From Desulfurococcaceae archaeon (GTDB taxonomy: Archaea > Thermoproteota > Thermoprotei_A > Sulfolobales > Desulfurococcaceae), in contig JAWBBW010000003.1 of assembly GCA_038824035.1 (NCBI GenBank), forward strand, positions 69,916 through 100,405: a stretch of DNA of 30,490 nucleotides. The letters are read 5' to 3'. Made by a program: the position numbers and the translations under genes. The notes under the pieces were generated by a model that was not told where the DNA came from, did no database searches, and saw nothing but the letters and a program-made list of their open reading frames with translations. Shown here one piece after another: positions 9,127 to 17,484 of the stretch; positions within the stretch are counted from its first letter, which is position 1, and every line of letters begins with the position of its first letter.

Positions 9127-10106
9127 GCAGTGTAATCCTAGATATAAAGAAGCTTGATGTAGGTTTTTTCAATGTCCCAGTTGTACGTGATGTTAGTTTT
9201 AAAATATACAGAGATGAAGCGTATGGGATCATAGGCGAAAGTGGTTCAGGTAAAACAACAATAGCTAGAGCGATCATGAGATTATTGCCACCTGGTGGAA
9301 TGACTTCGCCCGATAGCTCAGCGATATATTATGGCCTCGATAGGGAAGTGGATTTATTTAAGCTATCACCACCTGAATATAATAGTTTAATAAGATGGAA
9401 AGAGATATCAATGGTGTTTCAAAGCGCGCTCAGTTCTTTAAATCCAACTATAAGAGTTAAGGATCATTTCATTGAGACAGCCAAAGCCCATGGCATAACA
9501 GATAAGTCTAAGGCGTTGGAAAGAGCCCGCGAGCTCTTAGAATCCGTTAAACTAGATCCTGAAAGGGTATTGCGAATGTATCCAATAGAGCTTAGTGGCG
9601 GAATGAAACAACGTGTATTGATAGCACTGGCTTTATACCTCGAGCCTAAAATAGTCATATTGGATGAGCCTACGACAGCGCTTGACGTGTTAACCCAGAG
9701 AACAATACTTGATTTATTAAAGAAATTGCGTGAAAGACATAAGTTGACATATGTATTGATTACACATGATATAGCACTAGTGGCTGATCTTGTGGATAGA
9801 ATGACGGTTGTCTATGCGGGCAAAATGGTCGAGGAGGGTCATGTCGAGGACGTATTCTATAACCCGTTACATCCATATACAAGGTTATTGCTTGAAGCAG
9901 TGCCGAAAATAGGTGACTTCATGAAATTGCCTAAACCGATACCAGGGGCCTCTATTGATTATAGAAAGTTGCCAAGTGGTTGTTCATTTCACCCAAGATG
10001 TCCATATGCAAGTGGTGTATGTATGACCATCGAGCCAGATCTAATCACAATAGATAATAAGAGGCGAGTGGCATGCCATATGTACACAGATAGGTGGAAG
10101 AGGTGA
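9123..10106 (+). CDS. dppD: Dpp/Opp ABC ATP-binding subunit (DppD-like)
   Basis: Motifs: GESGSGKT, LSGGMKQR, ILDEPT, HPYT, and a C-terminal Cys-rich oligo_HPY domain (GCSFHPRCP..VACH). Confidence 0.95.
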   Translation: MSSVILDIKKLDVGFFNVPVVRDVSFKIYRDEAYGIIGESGSGKTTIARAIMRLLPPGGMTSPDSSAIYYGLDREVDLFKLSPPEYNSLIRWKEISMVFQSALSSLNPTIRVKDHFIETAKAHGITDKSKALERARELLESVKLDPERVLRMYPIELSGGMKQRVLIALALYLEPKIVILDEPTTALDVLTQRTILDLLKKLRERHKLTYVLITHDIALVADLVDRMTVVYAGKMVEEGHVEDVFYNPLHPYTRLLLEAVPKIGDFMKLPKPIPGASIDYRKLPSGCSFHPRCPYASGVCMTIEPDLITIDNKRRVACHMYTDRWKR

Positions 10107-10110
10107 TCAC

Positions 10111-11085
10111 ATGCCCGAACCACTAATCACGATCAACAATGTGTCGAGAAAATTTGGCATCAGAAAAGGGCTAAGGGTAATAGAGTTCTATGCATTGAAA
10201 AATATAGACCTGGAAATACCCCGTGCAACGATCGTGGGAATAGTAGGTGAGAGTGGTTCAGGTAAGACAACATTGGGTAAGATAACGCTGGCCATATTGA
10301 AGCCTAGTAGTGGCAAGGTGCTATATGCCGGGCAGGATTTATTTAAATTTGTCAAGAAAAGGGAAAACAGGAGATTACTCCAATATATACCGCAAGATCC
10401 ATACGCGAGCTTAAATCCATTCAAGACTGTGAAACAGTTATTAATGGAACCGGTTAAATACCATAGGCTCGCAGAAAGCGATCGAGAGGCAATAGAGATC
10501 GTCGAGAAAATGCTAATAAACGTGGGTCTAACACCACCGGAGAGATACCTCGACTTGTTCCCCCCACAGCTAAGCGGTGGTGAGAGACAGCGTGTAAGCA
10601 TAGCGAGGGCATTAATAGTTAATCCGAGTTACGTGGTAGCCGATGAGCCAGTGACCATGCTCGACGCCTCTTTGAAAAGTGGTATCATTAACACGTTAAG
10701 AGATCTAATGATCAAGTCAAATATATCGTTGACATTTATAACCCATGAGATAAGCTTGTTACAATTCTTTGGACCAGAGACCAGTGTCGTTATAATGTAT
10801 CTTGGAAAAATAATGGAACAGGGGCCTCTAAAGGTATTACTAAGTGAACCACTACACCCATACACTAAGGCACTGATACAGGCTATACCAGTGCCCGATC
10901 CCAAGTTACGTGCAACTAGGAGCCTTATATTGAAAGAGGCTTCACCGCCTTCACCCATAAATAGACCTCCTGGATGCCCATTATCTGATAGATGTCCTTA
11001 TGTCATGGAGATATGCACAAAGGAAGAGCCATCACTAAAAGAACAATCCATTAGCCATAAAGTGGCTTGCCATCTCTATGGTTAG
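10111..11085 (+). CDS. dppF: Dpp/Opp ABC ATP-binding subunit (DppF-like)
   Basis: Motifs: GESGSGKT, QDPYASLNP, LSGGERQR, VADEP, HPYT, GCPLSDRCP..VACH. Confidence 0.95.
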   Translation: MPEPLITINNVSRKFGIRKGLRVIEFYALKNIDLEIPRATIVGIVGESGSGKTTLGKITLAILKPSSGKVLYAGQDLFKFVKKRENRRLLQYIPQDPYASLNPFKTVKQLLMEPVKYHRLAESDREAIEIVEKMLINVGLTPPERYLDLFPPQLSGGERQRVSIARALIVNPSYVVADEPVTMLDASLKSGIINTLRDLMIKSNISLTFITHEISLLQFFGPETSVVIMYLGKIMEQGPLKVLLSEPLHPYTKALIQAIPVPDPKLRATRSLILKEASPPSPINRPPGCPLSDRCPYVMEICTKEEPSLKEQSISHKVACHLYG

Positions 11086-11125
11086 CGATGGATCTCGATA
11101 TCTCGACGTCTTTTTAATTAGCTAA

Positions 11126-11218
11126 ACATTGTTGCATGGTTAATATTAGTACAATGTCTACATAGCTTTAATATATCTTGTTCACTTATCGGGGGATTAT
11201 CGTGAATAATATTTAAAA
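11126..11218 (+). promoter_or_regulatory. probable separate promoter of the solute-binding protein gene
   Basis: The intergenic gap is 172 nt. It holds ACATTGT-N18-ACAATGT (11126-11157), TTCAC-N16-GTGAA (11181-11206) and a TATA-like ATTTAAAA (11211-11218). Confidence 0.4.
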
Positions 11219-11257
11219 CCCCCCCATTAAATTATATATCTCACAGGGTATGTTAGA

Positions 11258-13600
11258 ATGAAGTATTCCAATTTAATGGTGGGAATAATATTAGTAGCTA
11301 TATTATTAACACCTCTTGTAATCCTAGCGCCAACAGCCAGCGCACAAGCACCGCCAAGAATTTTAGAAAGAACCATTATCTACACGCTACCCTATATCAT
11401 AAATTTCAATCCATGGGCTCCTGGAAACACCTTTGGATTAGCCTGGCTATGTGGCCAACCACTGTTCTACTTTCTCCCTAATAACCAGTTATACATCCCG
11501 GCACTAGGGAAACGCGCTACATTTAATGCAGAAGAATTCTATATAGAAGTAGAGCTGTGGAAGGATAATTACTGGAATAACCAGGGTCAGCTCGTTAGGC
11601 CTTTAAACGCGAGAGATGTATGGGCTATGTACACTATTCAATGGAAGATCATGCGTAGTTACATTCCATATCTCTTAGACATAGTCATAGTAGATGACTA
11701 TACAATAAGATTCTATTTAAACAAAACTCTGTTCCGATATGATGTCGAAAGCCCCTACATTGATGACCCGAGCAAAGTCGATATTTATAACTTGACAACG
11801 ACCTTCAGGTATTATGCACTATACGGTATCCTTGGCTGGTGGTTGCATATCCAAGTACCCTATGAACTTTTCGGCCCATTCGCCGAGAAAGTGGCTAATA
11901 TACCGGCTGACAAGGTCCCCGAGGTATTTGATTTGGAGGATTTACAAAACGAGGTGAGGGAATTTGCAGTCGATGTACCGTGGTGTATAGGGCCATATTG
12001 GCTTGACAGGGCCACATTAACCCCGCATGGAGTTGTCTTAAGGAAAAACGAGGGTTGGAGATATAAGGATAAATTACCATGGGATGAGATACGTTATACA
12101 TTCGTGGGCGCAGAAGAGGCGCTCGTACAGGCGATAATAGCTGGTAAAGAATTAATTGGTATGCCTGGATTTGCATTGGAGATATTAGCAATGATTCAAG
12201 AAGAAGCTGAGGATATTAAAATAATATATGCGTGGAACTTCGAGATACATGGATTTGTCTTCAATATCGCCAAGTACCCATATAATGTGACAGAGGTCAG
12301 ACATGCACTTGCATTGCTCGTTGACAAGGAGGAGTCCGCCGGGGCATTCCCACCTCTATATGTGCCATACTATGATTATCCATTGCCGATCTCGAGTAGT
12401 AGGTTCTTGCCAGATTGGATCAAGGCTAACCTTAGAAACTGGACACGTAATCCAACCGAGGCTTATAGGTTGCTTGAGAAAGCCGGCTTCAGGAGAGGAC
12501 CAGATGGTTATTGGAGAATGCCTACTGGAGAGATATTTAAGGTTAGAATCTTGGCGACTGTAGGCTATGGAGTACCGTGGCAGGCCACTGGGCTGAATAT
12601 AGTATCGCAACTCGAGCAACATGGTATCCAGGGAGAAGTAGAAGTAGTGGATCTCACTGTATATTGGAGCAGGGTCGGTATAGGTGATTACGATGTATTG
12701 ATAACGTGGTCTGGATCAGGCTATGAATCACTGTGCATGATGCCGGATGGCTTGTGGGGAATGTTATATGGTGTTGCTGGTAAAGACGAAGCCAAGTTAA
12801 AGTGGACATGGCCTGTTCCATTACCAAATGGAACAGTTATATATGTATGTCCTGACTGCGAAGCGTGGAGAGTTAATTCCGCTATACCTGGCTCACAGGA
12901 GTACTGGGATGCAGTGGCCAAGGTCGTATGGTGGTATAACTATTACCTACCATCCTTTACGTTGTGGGGTGTGAGGAGAGCATTCTACTTCAATATAAGG
13001 GAGGTCAACATATTTGACTACCTAGGTGCACCGGATGATTGGATCGAGATAGCTGGTACAAGGTTCCCATACTATGAGAGAGATGCTGGCTTAATGATAA
13101 CATGGGTATACCCAATGAATTACTGGATTGCACTAGGTATGATAAAGAGGCCAGAACAACCGGTATGGCCGCCTACTGGGCCACGTAGATATACATGGGA
13201 TCTATTACCTCCAGGAGTTAAAGAAGGAGCTTTCGATATCATAGAGTTCTTTGCTAAAGGATTCGGGGTAGTCATAGAGGCTCCAGAGATAATACCAGTA
13301 CCAACACCTACCCCAACTCCAACTCCGACGCCAACCCCCACAGTTACTACGCCAACGCCTACTCCGACACCGGAAATAACTCCTACTCCAACGCCAACGC
13401 CGGAAGTGAGCCCTACACCTACCCCGACCCCAACTCCGACACCGGAAATAACCCCGATACCTACCCCAACACCCACTCCGACACCGGAAATCGCTCCAGC
13501 GCCAGGTGTTAACTGGGCTTTAATAGGAGGGGCTATCGCGGCAGTAGTAATCGTGATAGTCGTGGTGTTGTTCATAGCGATGAAAGGAAAGAAGAAATGA
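11258..13600 (+). CDS. ABC transporter family-5 solute-binding protein, probably oligosaccharide-binding; signal peptide, Pro/Thr linker, C-terminal TM anchor
   Basis: Signal peptide ending ASA|Q. Family-5-like segments [48 protein letters not shown]. Aromatic-rich, with (PT)n repeats and a TM helix followed by KGKKK. Confidence 0.88.
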   Translation: MKYSNLMVGIILVAILLTPLVILAPTASAQAPPRILERTIIYTLPYIINFNPWAPGNTFGLAWLCGQPLFYFLPNNQLYIPALGKRATFNAEEFYIEVELWKDNYWNNQGQLVRPLNARDVWAMYTIQWKIMRSYIPYLLDIVIVDDYTIRFYLNKTLFRYDVESPYIDDPSKVDIYNLTTTFRYYALYGILGWWLHIQVPYELFGPFAEKVANIPADKVPEVFDLEDLQNEVREFAVDVPWCIGPYWLDRATLTPHGVVLRKNEGWRYKDKLPWDEIRYTFVGAEEALVQAIIAGKELIGMPGFALEILAMIQEEAEDIKIIYAWNFEIHGFVFNIAKYPYNVTEVRHALALLVDKEESAGAFPPLYVPYYDYPLPISSSRFLPDWIKANLRNWTRNPTEAYRLLEKAGFRRGPDGYWRMPTGEIFKVRILATVGYGVPWQATGLNIVSQLEQHGIQGEVEVVDLTVYWSRVGIGDYDVLITWSGSGYESLCMMPDGLWGMLYGVAGKDEAKLKWTWPVPLPNGTVIYVCPDCEAWRVNSAIPGSQEYWDAVAKVVWWYNYYLPSFTLWGVRRAFYFNIREVNIFDYLGAPDDWIEIAGTRFPYYERDAGLMITWVYPMNYWIALGMIKRPEQPVWPPTGPRRYTWDLLPPGVKEGAFDIIEFFAKGFGVVIEAPEIIPVPTPTPTPTPTPTPTVTTPTPTPTPEITPTPTPTPEVSPTPTPTPTPTPEITPIPTPTPTPTPEIAPAPGVNWALIGGAIAAVVIVIVVVLFIAMKGKKK
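13295..13500 (+). repeat. coding Pro/Thr tandem repeat (stalk of the binding protein)
   Basis: (PT)n blocks are separated by EIT/EVS. ACTCCGACACCGGAAAT recurs at 13361, 13433 and 13475. Confidence 0.9.
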
Positions 13601-13794
13601 GCACTCAGGAGACATTGCTAAAGATAATAATGAACATGGGCTATACCTTATTGGTATTGGTTTTTTTCTCTCTCCTATTCGCTTGGAACGAGATCATTAG
13701 TTCGGGCCTCATGGTATTGGTTCTGATCTCCTCGTTAATAGCGCTCTCGATGATCATAATACCAGCGCTCATTTTATATCGTGAGAGAAAATAA
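13597..13794 (+). CDS. small 2-TM protein coupled to the binding-protein gene
   Basis: ATGA overlap with the SBP stop, two hydrophobic helices, C-terminal RERK. Confidence 0.65.
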   Translation: MSTQETLLKIIMNMGYTLLVLVFFSLLFAWNEIISSGLMVLVLISSLIALSMIIIPALILYRERK

Positions 13795-13843
13795 CTTAAA
13801 ATCTTATTTCTTATCTAGCACTTATATTTCACAAGGGGGTTTT

Positions 13844-15493
13844 ATGCAGGATGTTTTGAATATCTTATTCGAGAAGATCCGCAGTGACTCCGTTATCGGT
13901 ATAATACCGGTTTCCACGGTGCCATGGGGTTTTAAAAGCGTTGTAAATAGGTTAAACGAAGAAATAGGTGTCACCGATTACATAGTTTTAACGCGGAGAG
14001 GTATCGCCAGCGTTCTGAAAGCCATGATCAACGATCTTTACCTAGAAAATCGCGAGGACGGGAAGGAGTTGAATATCTACATCGATGTTGATTTCAGTAA
14101 AAGCACTTTGAAAAACGATGTCTTCGCCGACTTGTTTATTATAGAATCGATAGTATCGGGCATTGCTTTAAAAGCGAGGAAAATAGCAATCGATACAACA
14201 TTCGTTAGTAGTAATTTGTCGTTTGCACTACAGTTCATTAAAACCAGACATACCGGATTACCAGTGATATTCACACATGTGGACCAGGTATCGCTTCCAA
14301 ACATACCATCTTACCCTAAAAGCCCTCGATGGATCCACAAGGTATATGTCTATTATGACCGAGCGAACAAGATTGGTGTTAACGAGTGTAAGGAAAACCC
14401 CATGGATAAATTGAGTAAGAGGATAGCTTGGAGCGGGACAAAGGGCTTATTCGAAGAGATCTCCCTGATATTGAACAAGCTGAGCTGTACTAGGTACATG
14501 GAGGTGTTCGATGAGGGAAAAAGGGAAGAGCTCTCTGATATATCGACAATAGATGTGTTCATAGATATGCCGTCTATGGAGGAGAAAAGAAGGTATATAT
14601 CACTCGATGTGAATAAAGGATTAGACGAAAACACCGTTAGCATGATGATGAGTAATTGGAGAACGCTCCTCGAAGCCATAGCTACGATGGATCCAAATAT
14701 AGATAGAAATGCACTTGAGAGGATTTTAATGCAGATCCAGCGATATACAGGAGCAGTGGATCTAATAGTGCGCGAAGTGGAAAACAACAAACTTGATCTA
14801 AGTGATTATAGTGGCTATAAATTACACACAGTTCTGTGTGAACTAGCTGGTAGAAGTAGAAAACCAATAGCATTTCTAGCAGATACTAATTTGTTCTACC
14901 AAGGAGTGAACATGGTCTTATTGAAGGCGAGTATTAAGCAGGGAAAGCCATGGAGCTCGATCCAGGGCATGAACATTTATATACCTTCGTGCGCTGAATC
15001 GGAGATCATTAATAAAGTGACCGAGAACTCCAATGCTTCAACAGGTATACATAGGTATTCCTATATAATGGCGCTTCTGGCCCATAGGGCTCTTGAAGAA
15101 GTCGAAAATGTTTACCTGGGTACACGGCTTCATATAGCTAATCAACCGTGTGAGGCATCTCTGGGAGGGGTAAGTCGATTACTAGGTGAAGGTGTAGTGT
15201 TGATCGCGACAGCTGATAAAAGGGCTTTTAACGCATGGAGAACATTAGATATATGTAGAGACAAAGTCGTATGCATATACATAGGGCATAAGAACAAGCC
15301 GATAAACATCGATAACATATTCTCCAAGCTATATGCAAGTGTGGTTTTATCGCTTCAGATATATATAGCTAGCCTGTTCACTCCAATAGAGATCATAGGT
15401 AAAACTGGTGGTGTTAAGTTATCTCTGTCCGAGATAGAGGGGAATCAGGCGCCGGTGATCTCGATCACACCGGTGTCTGAGAAATGGAGATAA
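13844..15493 (+). CDS. PIN-domain nuclease with N-terminal CARF-like Rossmann domain (549 aa)
   Basis: PIN motifs: FLADTN (D347), IYIPSCAESEI (E387), PCE (E437), LIATADK (D458). The N-terminal alpha/beta pattern IGIIPVSTVP / DYIVLT / KIAIDTT..NLSFAL / VIFTHV resembles CARF. I chose ATG 13844 behind GGGGG over GTG 13781. Confidence 0.6.
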   Translation: MQDVLNILFEKIRSDSVIGIIPVSTVPWGFKSVVNRLNEEIGVTDYIVLTRRGIASVLKAMINDLYLENREDGKELNIYIDVDFSKSTLKNDVFADLFIIESIVSGIALKARKIAIDTTFVSSNLSFALQFIKTRHTGLPVIFTHVDQVSLPNIPSYPKSPRWIHKVYVYYDRANKIGVNECKENPMDKLSKRIAWSGTKGLFEEISLILNKLSCTRYMEVFDEGKREELSDISTIDVFIDMPSMEEKRRYISLDVNKGLDENTVSMMMSNWRTLLEAIATMDPNIDRNALERILMQIQRYTGAVDLIVREVENNKLDLSDYSGYKLHTVLCELAGRSRKPIAFLADTNLFYQGVNMVLLKASIKQGKPWSSIQGMNIYIPSCAESEIINKVTENSNASTGIHRYSYIMALLAHRALEEVENVYLGTRLHIANQPCEASLGGVSRLLGEGVVLIATADKRAFNAWRTLDICRDKVVCIYIGHKNKPINIDNIFSKLYASVVLSLQIYIASLFTPIEIIGKTGGVKLSLSEIEGNQAPVISITPVSEKWR

Positions 15494-15505
15494 TGGAATA
15501 GGTTT

Positions 15506-15531
15506 TCAATGTTTTTATATGAGAACATTGA
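15506..15531. promoter_or_regulatory. inverted repeat bracketing a TATA box (candidate operator)
   Basis: TCAATGTT-TTTATATGAG-AACATTGA has perfect 8-bp arms, with TTTATAT inside the spacer. Confidence 0.5.
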
Positions 15532-15563
15532 TTTGATATATCTAACAAACAGGGGCATCTCAC

Positions 15564-15920
15564 TTGACTAAAGAACACGCTATGAGGTGGACCAAAGAGG
15601 GTAGGTCTACTCATTCCAGGAAATTCCTTAACATAGTGGTGCATTCCTCATTAAGCCCAGAGCTATTGATAGATGAGTTTAACAAGTTATCTATAACCAC
15701 TGGTTGCCGAAGATTCAACTTGTTCATTATAGGCGATGAGAGCGCTAAGTCGCTTGAAAGTGTAAGGGAGATCATTCTGAGCAACCACATATATACCATC
15801 AGCGTGTATGTATTAAGCGAAGAACAGTTGAAAGCGTTTTCACGTGAAATATGTATTGGGGAAACTGTTTTCCTATCGCCAATGCACACAGGGTATTTGA
15901 AAGAAATATGCGGGGATTGA
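15564..15920 (+). CDS. hypothetical alpha/beta protein, first gene of the radical SAM operon
   Basis: 118-aa ORF filling the gap, with AGGGG upstream of the TTG (alternative ATG at 15582). It ends 14 nt before the radical SAM gene. Confidence 0.6.
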   Translation: MTKEHAMRWTKEGRSTHSRKFLNIVVHSSLSPELLIDEFNKLSITTGCRRFNLFIIGDESAKSLESVREIILSNHIYTISVYVLSEEQLKAFSREICIGETVFLSPMHTGYLKEICGD

Positions 15921-15934
15921 AATAGGTGTAAGAC

Positions 15935-17446
15935 ATGTTCGAAGTAGTGTTAACAACTGATAGGACAATGATGAGTAATCACCACGGCAAGGAATTCCTC
16001 GGTTTCATGGCCACAGGGCCCCCCATAGGTATGCCAGAGTGGCTTTGGACCATGCTTGCAGCGCCAAGGGTGAAAGTAGATAAGTATGGAAGGCCTATTG
16101 AGGCCCCTTATGGGATGAGGAAAATAGAGAGCATATTACTAGATGCCGGGTTTAATGTTGCTATAATTGATCCTGACCATTTGCATAAACACCTAAATAC
16201 CTTGAAGGTATTAATGCTAAGCCACCATGACTACTTCGCCTATGGACCTCCTAGTAGTGAATGGTGGAGTCTAACTGGATTAGAGCCATTAAATAGGAGA
16301 AGCTTCACGAAACTCATGAATAGCCATGTAATAAGGAAAGCCAAGGAAAAGGGTGTTAAGATAATAGCTGGTGGACCAGCGGCTTGGCAATGGCTTTACG
16401 AATTGGAATTAATGGATAAATGGGGAGTGGACACGGTGGTGGATGGTGAAGGTGAAAAAATTGTCGTGGACCTCGTGCAAAGGGCCTTGAATAATGAGCC
16501 ATTGCCGAGATATGTATATGTTGGGGTAGAAGACTCCCCGTCAATAGAGGAGATCCCGGTGATAAAAGGGGCAAGTGTTAATGGCTTAGTTGAGATAATG
16601 AGGGGTTGTCCAAGAGGCTGTAGATTCTGCAGTGTGACTCTGAGACCACTCAGGTTCATACCGTTGGAGAAGATCTTGGCGGAGATAGAGATAAACCTAG
16701 AGGCTGGTTTAAAAGGCATAATACTGCACAGCGAAGATGTCCTACTATATCATGCTGATGGAGTCAAGCCTCGCCCAGAGCCAGTGATCAAACTACACAC
16801 AGAGGTCTTAAGTAAACTGGGCAATAAGAGGCACTTAGCATGGTCTCATGCAAGCTTATCAGCCATCAAATACGCGGAGGAGAACTACAAACTGGTCTCA
16901 AAGCTGATGAACGAGATGATACTGAATGAGTATAGGACATACCTAGGCGTGGAAGTGGGCATAGAGACAGGAAGCCCTCGTTTAGCGCGCGAAATCATGG
17001 TTGCGAAATCTAAGCCATACCCACCTGAAATGTGGCCGGAGATCGTCGAGGACGCGTTCAAGATCATGCACGAGAACAAGATAATACCCGCTGCCACGGT
17101 TATTCTCGGATTACCCGGTGAGACTACGGATGACGTTGTTAAGACAGTTGAATTAATAGAGAGGCTTAAACCGTATAGGAGCATAATAGTCCCAATGTTC
17201 TTTGTCCCCATGGGCGCGCTCAAGAAGAATAAATGGTTCATGAGAGATCAACTGAGACATGAACATATAGATGCTATGATCAAGATGTATGAGCACACGG
17301 TTTACTGGGCAGAGGACATAATAAGATTCTACATGAAAAGCCCCATTTATTGGCCTTTAAGGGTGATATTAAAATACTTCCTCGCATATGTAAGAAGAAA
17401 TGTGAATAAATATAGGGGCAAGCTCGAGGAAATGATTAAAAAGTGA
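15935..17446 (+). CDS. B12-binding radical SAM enzyme, probable GDGT ring synthase (GrsA-like)
   Basis: Has RGCPRGCRFC (CX3CX2C), a B12-binding-like region (KIIAGGPAAWQ, VVDGEGE), GIETGS and ILGLPGET. The N-terminal 'LTTDRTMMSNHHGKEFLGF' and 'APYGMRKIE' resemble my recollection of Sulfolobales Grs proteins. Confidence 0.75.
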   Translation: MFEVVLTTDRTMMSNHHGKEFLGFMATGPPIGMPEWLWTMLAAPRVKVDKYGRPIEAPYGMRKIESILLDAGFNVAIIDPDHLHKHLNTLKVLMLSHHDYFAYGPPSSEWWSLTGLEPLNRRSFTKLMNSHVIRKAKEKGVKIIAGGPAAWQWLYELELMDKWGVDTVVDGEGEKIVVDLVQRALNNEPLPRYVYVGVEDSPSIEEIPVIKGASVNGLVEIMRGCPRGCRFCSVTLRPLRFIPLEKILAEIEINLEAGLKGIILHSEDVLLYHADGVKPRPEPVIKLHTEVLSKLGNKRHLAWSHASLSAIKYAEENYKLVSKLMNEMILNEYRTYLGVEVGIETGSPRLAREIMVAKSKPYPPEMWPEIVEDAFKIMHENKIIPAATVILGLPGETTDDVVKTVELIERLKPYRSIIVPMFFVPMGALKKNKWFMRDQLRHEHIDAMIKMYEHTVYWAEDIIRFYMKSPIYWPLRVILKYFLAYVRRNVNKYRGKLEEMIKK

Positions 17447-17484
17447 GATTGATTAAACAACCCTAGTTTCACTGGTGGTAGCAA

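Noticed and set aside
13295-13500. Repeated 17-20-nt units as a possible CRISPR array
   Set aside because: The units are in-frame coding repeats, with irregular, self-similar 'spacers' and no leader or cas genes.
13120-13575. 151-aa antisense ORF with (GV)n repeats
   Set aside because: It is the reverse complement of the Pro/Thr linker; Pro and Thr codons give no stop codons on the opposite strand.
13781-13843. GTG start given by the ORF track for the 570-aa protein
   Set aside because: The extension runs through AT-rich promoter-like sequence, and ATG 13844 has a G-rich SD at suitable spacing.
7148-15493. ABC cassette plus PIN gene as a mobile island
   Set aside because: No integrase, transposase, tRNA att site or flanking direct repeats, and no compositional shift I could see by eye.
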